DNA of 40,790 bases from Candidatus Limnocylindrales bacterium. GTDB taxonomy: Bacteria; Moduliflexota; Moduliflexia; Moduliflexales; JAUQPW01. Below are positions 8,075 through 17,782 of this stretch, piece after piece. Made by a program: the position numbers and the translations under genes. How positions within the stretch are numbered: position 1 is the first letter of the stretch; the number at the start of each line of letters is the position of its first letter. The notes below the pieces were generated by a model. That model saw only the letters and a list, made by a program, of their open reading frames with translations, was not told the DNA's origin and did not search any database. Location: the NCBI GenBank assembly GCA_035559535.1, contig DATMBG010000037.1:196475-237264 (forward strand), written 5' to 3'.

Positions 8075-9097
8075 ATGAGAGTAAGGATTTTCGCCGGGGT
8101 TCTTGGGACTACTATAGGTATAACGCTATTACCAACCAATCTTTTTGTTTTAGCCCAACAGGCTCCTATTCCCGTTGAATCTATCAAAGTGGATATGGCT
8201 CCGAAGGTAGATGGGGATGGGAGTGATGAGGTCTGGCAAAAAGCTAAAGAGGTTAAAATTCAAACAAAAGATGGTCCGGAGGCGAAGCTTAAATCGGTCT
8301 ATACAGACAAGGAAATATTTTTCTTGATTACCTGGCCAGACCAGACAGAATCCATTAATATGGATATGTGGGTTTTCAAAGATGGGGCCTGGTCCATTAA
8401 GCAGGAGCCTCGATATGGAGGAAGTCAATCCTGGGATGCGGATCAAGATCGTTTGGCCTTTCAATGGAATATTAAGGACTCTGTTACTGGATTTAATGAA
8501 AAAGGTTGCGTGGCTCTCTGCCATGTTGAAGAGAGGGAAGATCGCATGCACACTAACGGTCCCGGGCAATATACGGATATCTGGCAATGGAAGGCAGCTC
8601 ACTCCAATCCGTTGGGAAAGATCGACAATGGTCACCTGGACAATACGGTGGTCAGTAAAAAAGATCAGCCGGACGAGGAAAAACGTCTCTATGCCGCTCA
8701 TAAATGGGATGGGACCGGGGATGAGCCCTTTGTAAGAAATATCGAAAATAACGCCCCTAAATGGATGCCCAAAGGGGGGCCCAATAAGGAGCCTTTCTTG
8801 ATGAAAGGTAACGAAGTTCCCCTGGATCCCAGCGTTGTAAAGTCAGGGGATACTGTTCCGGGTTGGGTGATAGGACCCCTTCCCAAAGGCCGGGATGTCA
8901 TCAATGCTAAGGGGGTTTATAAAGAGGGTACCTGGACTTTAGAAATCGGTCGGGCCCTGGTGACCGAGAACAAAGATTTTGATATTCAGTTTGAAGATCT
9001 CAAAAAACCTTATTATTTTGGGATGGGTATTTGGGAGAATGACCGCTTGTTTGCTCATATGCGTGCAGATGGGCCGTATATGTTGACCTTTAAATAA
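8075..9097 (+). CDS. Periplasmic ethylbenzene dehydrogenase gamma/DMSO reductase type II heme-binding (EB_dh) domain protein
   Basis: Signal peptide, PKVDG..D..W, IFFLITWPD, DRLAFQW, DIWQWKA, and GVYKEGTWTLEIGRAL..DIQF. Contains an atypical CVALCH motif. Confidence 0.8.
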   Translation: MRVRIFAGVLGTTIGITLLPTNLFVLAQQAPIPVESIKVDMAPKVDGDGSDEVWQKAKEVKIQTKDGPEAKLKSVYTDKEIFFLITWPDQTESINMDMWVFKDGAWSIKQEPRYGGSQSWDADQDRLAFQWNIKDSVTGFNEKGCVALCHVEEREDRMHTNGPGQYTDIWQWKAAHSNPLGKIDNGHLDNTVVSKKDQPDEEKRLYAAHKWDGTGDEPFVRNIENNAPKWMPKGGPNKEPFLMKGNEVPLDPSVVKSGDTVPGWVIGPLPKGRDVINAKGVYKEGTWTLEIGRALVTENKDFDIQFEDLKKPYYFGMGIWENDRLFAHMRADGPYMLTFK

Positions 9098-9180
9098 GGG
9101 TCCTGGAGGGAATTTGAGTGAAAAAATTTACAATAGAGAGTCTCGTTTTCTGCTGGAAAGCGTGAGTCTCCAATTGCTTT

Positions 9181-10977
9181 ATGAGGAAAATAAATCGTAA
9201 AGTTTTTTTCATCTTTTCTCTGCTTTTCTTTGTGATCCTGATAGGTTCGGCGTTTGCCCAACAACCTGCCGGTGATCAACCTGTGGAGTATCGGGCATTT
9301 CCGTATATAGGAAGCCGACAAATCATGTGGATTGCAGCACAATTACACCTGATGTTTGCAGCCTTTATTTTAGGTGTTCCTATTTTTGCAGTGATTGTGG
9401 AGTTTATCGGATTCTATGCCCGAGACCCCTTGCAAAAACTACGTTACGACAGACTGGCCAAAGAGTTTACCAAGCTTCTATTAATCGCGTTTTCTGCAAC
9501 GGCTATCTGGGGAGCCATCCTTACCTTCTTATTTATCACCCTTTATCCCAAGTTTTTTAATTACTTATCGAACATCTTCTCTCCCACCTTATGGATTTAT
9601 CCTTTTCTCTTTTTTGGAGAAACTTTCACCCTTTATCTTTATTGGTACGGCTGGGAGTGGTTACAGGGGGAGAAGAAAAAATTCCATTTGGCCTTAGGGG
9701 TACTTCTAAATCTCTTTGGGATTGCCGTCCTTTTTATTACCGATGCCTGGACGACCTTTATGATGAGTCCCAGTGGAGTGGATGAAAAAGGTAATCTGGT
9801 TAGCCTCTGGAAGGCGATTAACAATCCGTTGTGGATGCCTTTAAATATTCATCGGCTGATCGCCAATATCGTTTTTGGAGGTTCCATTGCGGCGGCCTAC
9901 GCGGCTTTTCGATTTTTATCTTCTAAAACCGAGGAAGAAAGAGCCCATTACGATTGGATGGGATATATTGGGAATTTTATAGCCATTCAAGCCTTTATTG
10001 TTCTTCCCTTTGCCGGGTATTGGTTTGGTCGAGAAATTTATGCCTTTGATCAACAACTGGGAATCACCATGATGGGGGGTTTTCTGTCCTGGCTCTGGAT
10101 TATTCAGGCGATCCTTATCGGAATTATTTTCCTGGCAAGTAATTACTATTTGTGGATCGGTATGGAGCGGATCCCAGGGGCCGAAAGATATCGACTGTAT
10201 ACCCGGCTTATTTTGTTGGTTTTAGTTGTTGGTACACTGGTTTGGGCAACTCCCCATAGCCTGGTGGCCAGTCTGGAAGAAGCGAGAAAAATGGGTGGCG
10301 CTCACCATCCTCTTTTGGGAGTTCTGGGGGTTATGTCCGCTAAAAATACCGCGGTCAATATCATGATTCTGAGTACTTTTCTTAGTTTTTTGTTCTATCG
10401 GCGGGGCAATAAAATCTCCAGGGTTTCCTGGGCTAAGACCGGTGTGGTTCTTCAAGGGCTTATTCTCTTCCTGGCGGCTTTTATTGTAGTCTTTTACGGA
10501 GTTCGTGGTTACTTTGTAGAAGCCATCGTGCGAATTGGATATTCGGTTTATCAGGTTTTAGCCGTATTGAGCGCTATTATCCTGACCATGATCCTGGATA
10601 TCTTTATGCTCCGTAATGCAGAAGAGATCGGACCCATTCGGTGGGGAAAAATGCCACCCCGTTCTCAATACGCGCTTTTCCTCGTTGCCATTACATTTAC
10701 CTGGCTTATGGGACTCATGGGATATGCCCGGTCGGCCATTCGACAACACTGGCACGTTTATGGAGTTATGCGTGATACTTCCCCCGAAGCTTTCTCCCCG
10801 ACATTGGGCTTTGCAGCCGATATGGTTTCCATTTGTGTTCTTCTGTTTTTTGCCCTCGTCTTCTTTATCTTCTGGATTGGTCATCTTGGAGAAAAAACAA
10901 AGATCCTTGAGGAACAGGTTGAGGAGGAAGTAGAAGGAATAACCACTGCCAAGCTGAAAGGGGGTTATACAACATGA
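9181..10977 (+). CDS. Cytochrome bd-like oxidase subunit I (CydA-like; Nitrospira/Nitrospina/anammox type)
   Basis: Polytopic membrane protein with QLHLMFAAFILGVP (His19 equivalent), TFMMSPSG, NPLWMPLNIHRLIAN (His186 equivalent) and GLMGYARSAIRQHWHVYG (variant of GW..AE.GRQPW). No Q-loop. Confidence 0.85.
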   Translation: MRKINRKVFFIFSLLFFVILIGSAFAQQPAGDQPVEYRAFPYIGSRQIMWIAAQLHLMFAAFILGVPIFAVIVEFIGFYARDPLQKLRYDRLAKEFTKLLLIAFSATAIWGAILTFLFITLYPKFFNYLSNIFSPTLWIYPFLFFGETFTLYLYWYGWEWLQGEKKKFHLALGVLLNLFGIAVLFITDAWTTFMMSPSGVDEKGNLVSLWKAINNPLWMPLNIHRLIANIVFGGSIAAAYAAFRFLSSKTEEERAHYDWMGYIGNFIAIQAFIVLPFAGYWFGREIYAFDQQLGITMMGGFLSWLWIIQAILIGIIFLASNYYLWIGMERIPGAERYRLYTRLILLVLVVGTLVWATPHSLVASLEEARKMGGAHHPLLGVLGVMSAKNTAVNIMILSTFLSFLFYRRGNKISRVSWAKTGVVLQGLILFLAAFIVVFYGVRGYFVEAIVRIGYSVYQVLAVLSAIILTMILDIFMLRNAEEIGPIRWGKMPPRSQYALFLVAITFTWLMGLMGYARSAIRQHWHVYGVMRDTSPEAFSPTLGFAADMVSICVLLFFALVFFIFWIGHLGEKTKILEEQVEEEVEGITTAKLKGGYTT

Positions 10978-11981
10978 ATGGATCCAATCAATTTATCGGG
11001 CTTAAAGTTGTTTTGTTTACGCTGATTGTTATAGGTATTTTTACCTATTATGCCAATAGTATTCCGCAACTGGAGTCAAGACCTCCCAAGGAGCTTTCTC
11101 TAAGTAAAGAGAACCTCACTCCAGAAGCTCTGGTTCAGGCTGGTAAAGATATTTTTTATGGAAAAGGAACATGCGCACTTTGCCATGCCATCGGCGAAAA
11201 AGGACCCCGAGCTCCTGATTTAGCAGGAGTAGGAGCCAGAGCCGCCACACGTGAGCCGGGAAAATCCGCTAAGGAATACTTGATAGAATCTCTTATTAAT
11301 CCCACCGCCTATGTGGTGGAAGGGTATCCTCCCATTATGCCTGCGGTTAATAAACCTCCCATTTCTTTAAATCCAACGGAGATTTTAGCCGTTGTAGCAT
11401 TCCTCGAAAGTCTGGGGGGGACGGTCGATGTTAAACCCTCGGATATCCCTTCTGAAGCCTCTGCTACCGCCGCTTCTGCGACTCCTGCAGCACCTGCTCC
11501 CTTGAAACTCCCAGGAAATCCTGAAGCCGGAAAGGCCGTAGCAGAAGTGTGTGTTCAGTGCCATATTATCCCAGGTGTCGGTAAACCCAGAAGACCCAGG
11601 GCTCCAGATCTTTCAGCCATTGGAGCTATTGCTACACCCGATTATATTATGGAATCCATTCTGGATCCCGATGCAAAGGTAGTAGCCGGATATCCTGCCG
11701 GATTAATGCCTAAAGATTTTGGGGAGAAACTGAAAGCCCAAGAATTTATGGATCTGGTGGCTTTTCTTATGACCTTAAAAGGAGGATCGCCGGAGAGTGG
11801 TGAACCGGGTAAAGGAGCTCAACCTGCTGAAGGTCAAAAGAAGGAAGGGGTCCAGGAGACAAAGGCTTCTTCCGTACCGGTCCCCGAAGCTAAACCGGCA
11901 GAAACCGAGAAGAAGGAAGGAACCGAATCCCAGGGTAGCAAAAGCCCAACCGCAGGTTCTGAACAGAATAAATCTCAGTAG
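10974..11981 (+). CDS. Membrane-anchored diheme cytochrome c
   Basis: N-terminal TM helix, CALCH and CVQCH, each followed by PDL...ES..P.A.VV.GYP...MP. Low-complexity C-terminal tail; ATGA overlap with the upstream gene. Confidence 0.9.
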   Translation: MNGSNQFIGLKVVLFTLIVIGIFTYYANSIPQLESRPPKELSLSKENLTPEALVQAGKDIFYGKGTCALCHAIGEKGPRAPDLAGVGARAATREPGKSAKEYLIESLINPTAYVVEGYPPIMPAVNKPPISLNPTEILAVVAFLESLGGTVDVKPSDIPSEASATAASATPAAPAPLKLPGNPEAGKAVAEVCVQCHIIPGVGKPRRPRAPDLSAIGAIATPDYIMESILDPDAKVVAGYPAGLMPKDFGEKLKAQEFMDLVAFLMTLKGGSPESGEPGKGAQPAEGQKKEGVQETKASSVPVPEAKPAETEKKEGTESQGSKSPTAGSEQNKSQ

Positions 11982-12013
11982 GGTCATACCTATTTGTAAT
12001 TAAACGAGTAGCA

Positions 12014-12137
12014 TGTCATTGCGAGCCCTTCGATACCTGCAGGTAAATTCCGCGAAGCCATCCCTTGACTTCAAGGGATGGCTTTGTCCCCTTTGCTTTA
12101 CCCTGAGCTTCGGCTCATATCGCCCCTTGCAATGACA
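12014..12137. repeat. Palindromic intergenic repeat (TGTCATTGCGAG ... CTTGCAATGACA) with internal hairpins
   Basis: 12-bp inverted ends; internal gccatcccttga-ct-tcaagggatggc perfect hairpin. Confidence 0.6.
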
Positions 12138-12251
12138 AACTCTTACTCCATTTGAAAGAGCCTTAACGATGAGTTATCAGGATAAAACGTAAAACATAAG
12201 ACCTGAAGGCCTCCAGAGGCGCTTTGTGTTTTATGTCTTCCGTTTTAATAT

Positions 12252-12995
12252 ATGTCTATTCTGAAAAGCTCTTTTATACATGCCATTCTACTCCTTGTTA
12301 TCGCTATTCTTATTTTTAAATACGGGATTCACCCTCCCATTCCCCAAAGCTTATTTTTGCTTTACCTGGTTATTACCCTTTTCGGAATTTTCCTCTTTGT
12401 TTCTTCCAGTGAGGAGACCTGGAAAAGCTTCCTGAGTCCCATCCATGCAACGCTTTATGATCCCAGGTTTAGGGGAATTCGAGCGATTATCTTTATCATC
12501 CTTCCCATACTGGCAACTTACCTGGTTTACCTGAGAGTTCAACCAAAAATAGAACCTCCGGCAGAACTACGAACCATTCACCCGGCCCCTCCGGATACCA
12601 TTAGTTTTCGTAATGGAACCATTAAGCTTCAAGGGTTAGGAAATCCCTTGAGGGGCGATAAAGAGCATTTCCAGGAGCACGTAAATAGAGGCAAGGCCAT
12701 TTATTTTAAAAATTGTTTCTACTGCCATGGAGATGGGTTAAACGGAGAAGGCCATTTTGCCGAGGGACTTAATCCGAAGCCTGCAAATTTTACCGATGTG
12801 GGGACCATTGCACAGCTTCAAGAATCTTATCTTTTTTGGAGAATCGCCAAGGGTGGACCCAATCTTCCAACAGAAGCAACTCCCTGGAATTCTGCGATGC
12901 CAGCCTGGGAAAACTATCTCACAGCGGACGACATCTGGTCCGTTATTCTTTATTTATATGAAGCCACCGGTTATCAGCCCAGGAAGTGGGAGTAA
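12252..12995 (+). CDS. Membrane-bound monoheme cytochrome c
   Basis: Three N-terminal TM helices, CFYCHGDGLNGEG, PKPANF, SAMPAWE. Confidence 0.88.
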   Translation: MSILKSSFIHAILLLVIAILIFKYGIHPPIPQSLFLLYLVITLFGIFLFVSSSEETWKSFLSPIHATLYDPRFRGIRAIIFIILPILATYLVYLRVQPKIEPPAELRTIHPAPPDTISFRNGTIKLQGLGNPLRGDKEHFQEHVNRGKAIYFKNCFYCHGDGLNGEGHFAEGLNPKPANFTDVGTIAQLQESYLFWRIAKGGPNLPTEATPWNSAMPAWENYLTADDIWSVILYLYEATGYQPRKWE

Positions 12996-13012
12996 GGCCA
13001 ATAACATAACCC

Positions 13013-13080
13013 AGGAGTCAGAAGTCAGGAGTCAGAAGTCAGAAGCAGTTTTAGTTTTTGACCTCTGGCTCCTGGCTTCT
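13013..13080. repeat. 7-mer tandem repeat (AGTCAGA/G) with inverted arm
   Basis: aggagtcagaagtcaggagtcagaagtcagaag ... tttgacctctggctcctggcttct. Confidence 0.6.
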
Positions 13081-13100
13081 GTTACGTTTTACGGGACTAA

Positions 13101-14678
13101 ATGAAAAAGACACTTAACTTCTACGGTTGGATTTCTGTGGTACTCCTGATTTTTTTTCTCAATCTAAACTTTGTTCATGCCGGAGAAGCGCAACCTCCCG
13201 AAAAAAACCTCGAAGTAGGTAAAGCCCTCTATCAAAAAAATTGTGCCCAATGTCACGGGGATAATGGAGAGGGAAAGGGAGTATCAGAACCCTTCGTATT
13301 TCCAAAACCTCGAGATTTTACAGCAGGTCTTTACAAGATCCGAACCACCCCCGGTGGGCAACTTCCTTTAGATTCAGATCTGTTCCGAACCATCAGCTTC
13401 GGGATGCCGGGATCTTCCATGCCGGCCTGGCAACAACTGAGCGAAGCGGACCGCTGGCAATTGGTTCACTATATTAAAACTTTTTCTCCTAAATTTGCTT
13501 CGGAAACCGCAGAGAAAGTGGCCACAACGCCGAAACCTGCCAAACCTGATCTCGAGAAAGGACGGCAGCTCTTTCAGGATATAGAATGCTGGAAATGCCA
13601 TGGACAGGAAGGGCGAGGTGATGGTCCTTCGGCCCCGGAACTTAAGGATAACTGGGGATTCCCTATAAAACCTGCCGATCTGACAAAAAACTGGACTTTC
13701 CGAGGGGGTGGTTCGGTGGAAGATATCTATATGCGAATCATAACAGGGATCAATGGAACTCCCATGCCTTCCTTTTTGGATTCCTTTGAAAAACCAGAAG
13801 ATGCCTGGGATCTGGCCTATTATGTAAGATCTTTATCCCCTGAAAATAAACCCGAAGTTACTGTGCTCAGGGCAAAGCTTATCCCGGGTGAACTACCCAC
13901 AGAACCTGAAGACCCACGATGGAATGAGCTACCTGCTTACTACTTTCCACTTTCCGGCCAGATTACTATAGAACCCCGATTATTCACGCCTTCCCTTGAT
14001 TCTATCTTCGTAAAGGCTGTACATAATACTAAGGAAATTGCTTTCCTGGTTATGTGGAATGATAGAACCCAAGATCCTTCCCCTCCGGGTGCTATCCCAC
14101 AAACTGCATCGGCAGAAGGTCAACAAAGTCAATCTGCTTCTCAACAAGGTAACCCTTCAGCCCCTCAACCAGGAAGTCCCCAAAAATTCAGCGATGCCAT
14201 TGCTATCCAATTCCCTGTCAAGCCAGATCCCGGCGGTTTCATAAAGCCATACTTTATTATGGGCGATTCAGAAAGACCGGTCTATTTATGGACATGGAAA
14301 GCCGAATGGCAGGGTGTTAAGGAATCCAATGCCAGTGGCCCATTCAAAGAAACCCTACAAAGTCAGGAAAGCCAGACCCTTCAAGGTAAAGGTATCTATA
14401 AAAACGGTCAATGGAAGGTCCTTTTTAAGCGAGCTTTAACCACCCAGGATAAAGACCATGACTACCAATTTGAAATTGGAAAGTTTATCCCCATCGCTTT
14501 TTCTGCCTGGGACGGCTCCAATGGAGAAACCGAACTGAAAAGATCCCTCTCAACCTGGTATTATCTGTTCCTGGAAACACCCCGGCCCATTAGCCAGTAC
14601 CTTTATCCCATCACAGCCTTTCTACTTATAGCCGGAGCGGAAGTCTGGTTCTTGAAACGAAACAGCCGAAGGCAGTAA
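13101..14678 (+). CDS. Diheme cytochrome c fused to EB_dh heme-b domain with C-terminal TM anchor (alternative NxrC-like architecture)
   Basis: Signal peptide, CAQCH, CWKCH, PKPRDFT, then FSDAIAIQFP, PYFIMGD, VYLWTWKA, GIYKNGQWKVLFKRAL, IAFSAWDGSNGE and a C-terminal hydrophobic helix. Confidence 0.88.
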   Translation: MKKTLNFYGWISVVLLIFFLNLNFVHAGEAQPPEKNLEVGKALYQKNCAQCHGDNGEGKGVSEPFVFPKPRDFTAGLYKIRTTPGGQLPLDSDLFRTISFGMPGSSMPAWQQLSEADRWQLVHYIKTFSPKFASETAEKVATTPKPAKPDLEKGRQLFQDIECWKCHGQEGRGDGPSAPELKDNWGFPIKPADLTKNWTFRGGGSVEDIYMRIITGINGTPMPSFLDSFEKPEDAWDLAYYVRSLSPENKPEVTVLRAKLIPGELPTEPEDPRWNELPAYYFPLSGQITIEPRLFTPSLDSIFVKAVHNTKEIAFLVMWNDRTQDPSPPGAIPQTASAEGQQSQSASQQGNPSAPQPGSPQKFSDAIAIQFPVKPDPGGFIKPYFIMGDSERPVYLWTWKAEWQGVKESNASGPFKETLQSQESQTLQGKGIYKNGQWKVLFKRALTTQDKDHDYQFEIGKFIPIAFSAWDGSNGETELKRSLSTWYYLFLETPRPISQYLYPITAFLLIAGAEVWFLKRNSRRQ

Positions 14679-14699
14679 ATTTGGGACACGAAGACCAGG

Positions 14700-14857
14700 G
14701 GACGCGGGGAAGTATGGGGGTATGGGAGTAGGAAGATGTGGGAGTAGGGAAGTAGGGGAATATAGGAGAACATACTCCCATACTCCCACACCCTCACACC
14801 CCCATACCCCTATACCCCCATACTCCCACGCCTCCATACTCCCACACCCCCATACCT
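14700..14857. repeat. 8-mer tandem repeat array in inverted arms between convergent genes (possible bidirectional terminator)
   Basis: (gtatggga/g)n followed by (ccccatac/ctcccaca)n. Confidence 0.7.
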
Positions 14858-14859
14858 CT

Positions 14860-15630
14860 CTACAAAATCAGGTAGACACCTAGACCCACCAAACCCACTC
14901 CGACTATCCGACCGAGGATCATGCCATAGCGGCTGACTTTCTCAATGAAAATAATTAAAGTTAGAAGACCCATGGCGGTAAGGTTCATCAAACCTACCGC
15001 AAACAGGACAAGCATGAGACCCCAGCAACAACCCAGGCAGTAAGCACCATGGTATAAACCCATTCGCAAAGCACCTGCTATTCCTTCACGCCAGTGCTGA
15101 GCAATGAATCCCAGTGGAGATTGGCAATGGCGCAGGCAAGCTGTTTTGAGGGGACTAAACTGATAAAGCCCCGCCAGTATCAGCAGAATCCCCTGACCGA
15201 CCCGAATCGGTTGGAGCAAGTATCCATCGGATATTCGAGTACTCCCTGATTGCACGATCCAGATTACAAAATAGGCAATTACTCCAAAGGCCGTCCAGAT
15301 CACAAGATATCCGGCTACAAAGACCCATGTCGGTACAAAGGCCTGACCCTGAGACTTCCTTTGACGGACAAGACGGCTAAATAGCAGGATCATGGGAGCC
15401 GCTGAAGGAAACATCATAGCGACCATCATACTGAGCCACATAAACAAGAAGGCCACGAAAGTGGGCCAGTTTCTGCTCATCGAATCGGGAGAACCAGCTG
15501 ATCCGATCATGGTTATTCCGCCTGGCATCTTCATCGAAACGGTTATAAGCCAGGCCAGGAGGGTAGATATGGCCAGGACCCCTCCGGTGATGAGCTGCTC
15601 GCGGGGCAGAGAAGTGAAACGTTGATTCAT
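14860..15630 (-). CDS. DUF2182 family predicted metal-binding membrane protein
   Basis: MMVAMMFPSAAPM, YQFSPLKTACLRHCQSP, YCLGCCWGLMLVLFAVGLMNL. Confidence 0.92.
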   Translation of the reverse strand: MNQRFTSLPREQLITGGVLAISTLLAWLITVSMKMPGGITMIGSAGSPDSMSRNWPTFVAFLFMWLSMMVAMMFPSAAPMILLFSRLVRQRKSQGQAFVPTWVFVAGYLVIWTAFGVIAYFVIWIVQSGSTRISDGYLLQPIRVGQGILLILAGLYQFSPLKTACLRHCQSPLGFIAQHWREGIAGALRMGLYHGAYCLGCCWGLMLVLFAVGLMNLTAMGLLTLIIFIEKVSRYGMILGRIVGVGLVGLGVYLIL

Positions 15631-15645
15631 AAAGAATATTCGTTT

Positions 15646-16290
15646 CTATTTTTGATTAGTCCATTCTACAAGGGCATAAATCCCGTTTTGACCCGGGTAT
15701 TCGAACTGAATGTTACTGTAGTTGATACTCATGATCTCGGTTGTGGCGGCATCTCCATCATTCCAGATTAATCCGCCCCGCGGAAGAACGATATGAACTT
15801 CATGTTCTTCACCCGTGACCGGATTTTTGAGGGGAGTTAAGCGGACTTCCAGTATACCCGGAATTCGAAAATAGGACCGACGGCCCTCGACCTTCATTTC
15901 AATGGGTTTGAGGATAGGTCCTTCCGCCACCTCAATAGTAGGGGCAAGAACTTCCCAGGGCATCCCTCCGGCTCTACCCGATAGAATTCTTTTGATCGAT
16001 TTGACCTGTTCGGGACTGGCAGATTCATCGATAAACAGGACCGATCGTCCATGACCTTCATGAAGGGCTCCTGGATACTTCACGGCAAATACGGTACGGA
16101 CACCCGCAAGATCCACTTCGCCGTAGTGTCCTTCAATGACCTCTATACCCACAATGGTGTGGCAAGAACCATGATCTGGGAAACCTCCAAAATTGCAGTT
16201 ACAACCAGGGTCACAGTTGCAGGTTTCAATCCAATGCCCTTTGAGCCAATACGGAGTTCGAGTAGTTGGATTGGGTGTTGCTTGAGTCAT
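15646..16290 (-). CDS. DUF1326 domain protein
   Basis: ETCNCDPGCNCNFGG.P.HGSC, GHYGEVDLAG, IDESASPEQ...ILSGRAGG. Typical partner of DUF2182. Confidence 0.9.
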   Translation of the reverse strand: MTQATPNPTTRTPYWLKGHWIETCNCDPGCNCNFGGFPDHGSCHTIVGIEVIEGHYGEVDLAGVRTVFAVKYPGALHEGHGRSVLFIDESASPEQVKSIKRILSGRAGGMPWEVLAPTIEVAEGPILKPIEMKVEGRRSYFRIPGILEVRLTPLKNPVTGEEHEVHIVLPRGGLIWNDGDAATTEIMSINYSNIQFEYPGQNGIYALVEWTNQK

Positions 16291-16328
16291 AACCTATTCT
16301 CCTTAACTTTGGACAGGATAGAGGTTCT

Positions 16329-17714
16329 TTAACTTCCATTATCCCTACGCAAATGCTTTAAAATAAGATCATAAACCTCTGTTGCATCTATGGATCTTTT
16401 ATCCAGTAAGTCTCCTTGTTGGGTGATAAAAAGAGGACCTTCAACCGGTGAATCTGTTACGCGGCCATGAGATCCCTTTACGAGGGAAGGATCCAGAGGT
16501 ATTACGTCCATCAGGTATCGAAATCCGAGTCGTTTCTTGAGAAGGATCCACCCTACCTTTAACGGAAGGAACTTAATGGCAGGGTCGGTAAATAACTCTA
16601 CAGGGTCATAACCGGGTTTACGGTGAATATCCACGGTTCTGGCAAAATCGGGTGCCCGTCCATCATCGAGCCAGTAATAATAGGTAAACCAGGCATCTGA
16701 TTGGGAGATAGCGATGAGATCTCCGGCTCTGGGATGGGTCAGATGGTACTTTACTTTTCCGGCTTCATCAAGAATCTGCTCGATCCCTTCAGTTTCTTCT
16801 AGAATCTTTCGTACCTGTTGGGTTTTAGATGGATCGTTGATATAAATATGGGCAATTTGATGATCAGCGACGGCAAAGGCGGTGCTCGCTCCGGCATCTA
16901 AAAGTTCTAATCCCCGCTCCTCACGGATGGCGATCAAACCCCTCTCCCGGAAGATTCGATTAAGTGAAATGGCCCTGGAAACATCTGTAATGCCGTATTC
17001 CGAAAGTACAATAATCTGAGCTTCATGGGCCTCATAGTACTCGATTAAATCCCCACAAACTGCATCAATTTCCTGAAGATCCTTGTGAATGGATGGATGG
17101 TGAGGACCAAGGCGTTGCAGGTTGTAGTCGAGGTGCGGCAGGTAGATCAAGGTCAGGGTTGGATGATATTTTTGATCGATCCGTTTAGCCGATTCGGCAA
17201 TCCACCGGCTGGAGCGAATGGAAGTCTGGGGACCCCAAAAGTCAAATAAAGGAAAGGTACCTAATTGATTTTGTAGCTCGATCCTTAGTTCAGCGGGACG
17301 TGTATAGATATCCGGGATCTTCCGTCCGTCTGCCAGATAGATAGGTCGGGGAGTCACGGCGTAATCTACCGAGGAATACATGTTATACCACCAGAAAAGA
17401 TTAGCACAGGTAAAGGTGGGATCGAGGGTACGAGCTATCTCCCAAACCTTCGGTGCCTGAACCAGTTTGTTGGATTGGCGCCAAAACTTGATTTCACATT
17501 CATCGCGAAAATACCAGCCGTTTCCGACAATGCCGTGTTTATCGGGATACTTTCCGGTTAGATAGGTGGCCTGGGCCGTACACGTTACGGCAGGGGTAAC
17601 AGCTCCTATGGTTGCTATCTTTCCTCGCTGTGCCCAGGTACTCAGGCAGGGAGTGTGAGGTCCTAGCAGCTCGGAAGTTAATCCGACAACATTCATTACG
17701 ACGGTCTTATGCAT
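16329..17714 (-). CDS. eboF: Alkaline phosphatase superfamily nucleotide pyrophosphatase, EboF
   Basis: PAVTCTAQATYLTG, HGIVGNGWY, YLPHLDY, VADHQIAH, PDFARTVDIHRKPGYDPVELF, KGSHG. Start at MHKTVV. Confidence 0.92.
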   Translation of the reverse strand: MHKTVVMNVVGLTSELLGPHTPCLSTWAQRGKIATIGAVTPAVTCTAQATYLTGKYPDKHGIVGNGWYFRDECEIKFWRQSNKLVQAPKVWEIARTLDPTFTCANLFWWYNMYSSVDYAVTPRPIYLADGRKIPDIYTRPAELRIELQNQLGTFPLFDFWGPQTSIRSSRWIAESAKRIDQKYHPTLTLIYLPHLDYNLQRLGPHHPSIHKDLQEIDAVCGDLIEYYEAHEAQIIVLSEYGITDVSRAISLNRIFRERGLIAIREERGLELLDAGASTAFAVADHQIAHIYINDPSKTQQVRKILEETEGIEQILDEAGKVKYHLTHPRAGDLIAISQSDAWFTYYYWLDDGRAPDFARTVDIHRKPGYDPVELFTDPAIKFLPLKVGWILLKKRLGFRYLMDVIPLDPSLVKGSHGRVTDSPVEGPLFITQQGDLLDKRSIDATEVYDLILKHLRRDNGS

Positions 17715-17782
17715 CTTAGGGTTAAAGGGTAAAATCCAAAATCTGAGGTCATAGGGATAAAATGACCTTAGACTCCGGACTT

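Noticed and set aside
9181..10977. Canonical cydA call
   Set aside because: No Q-loop, altered GRQPW/Glu motif and no cydB; left as bd-like.
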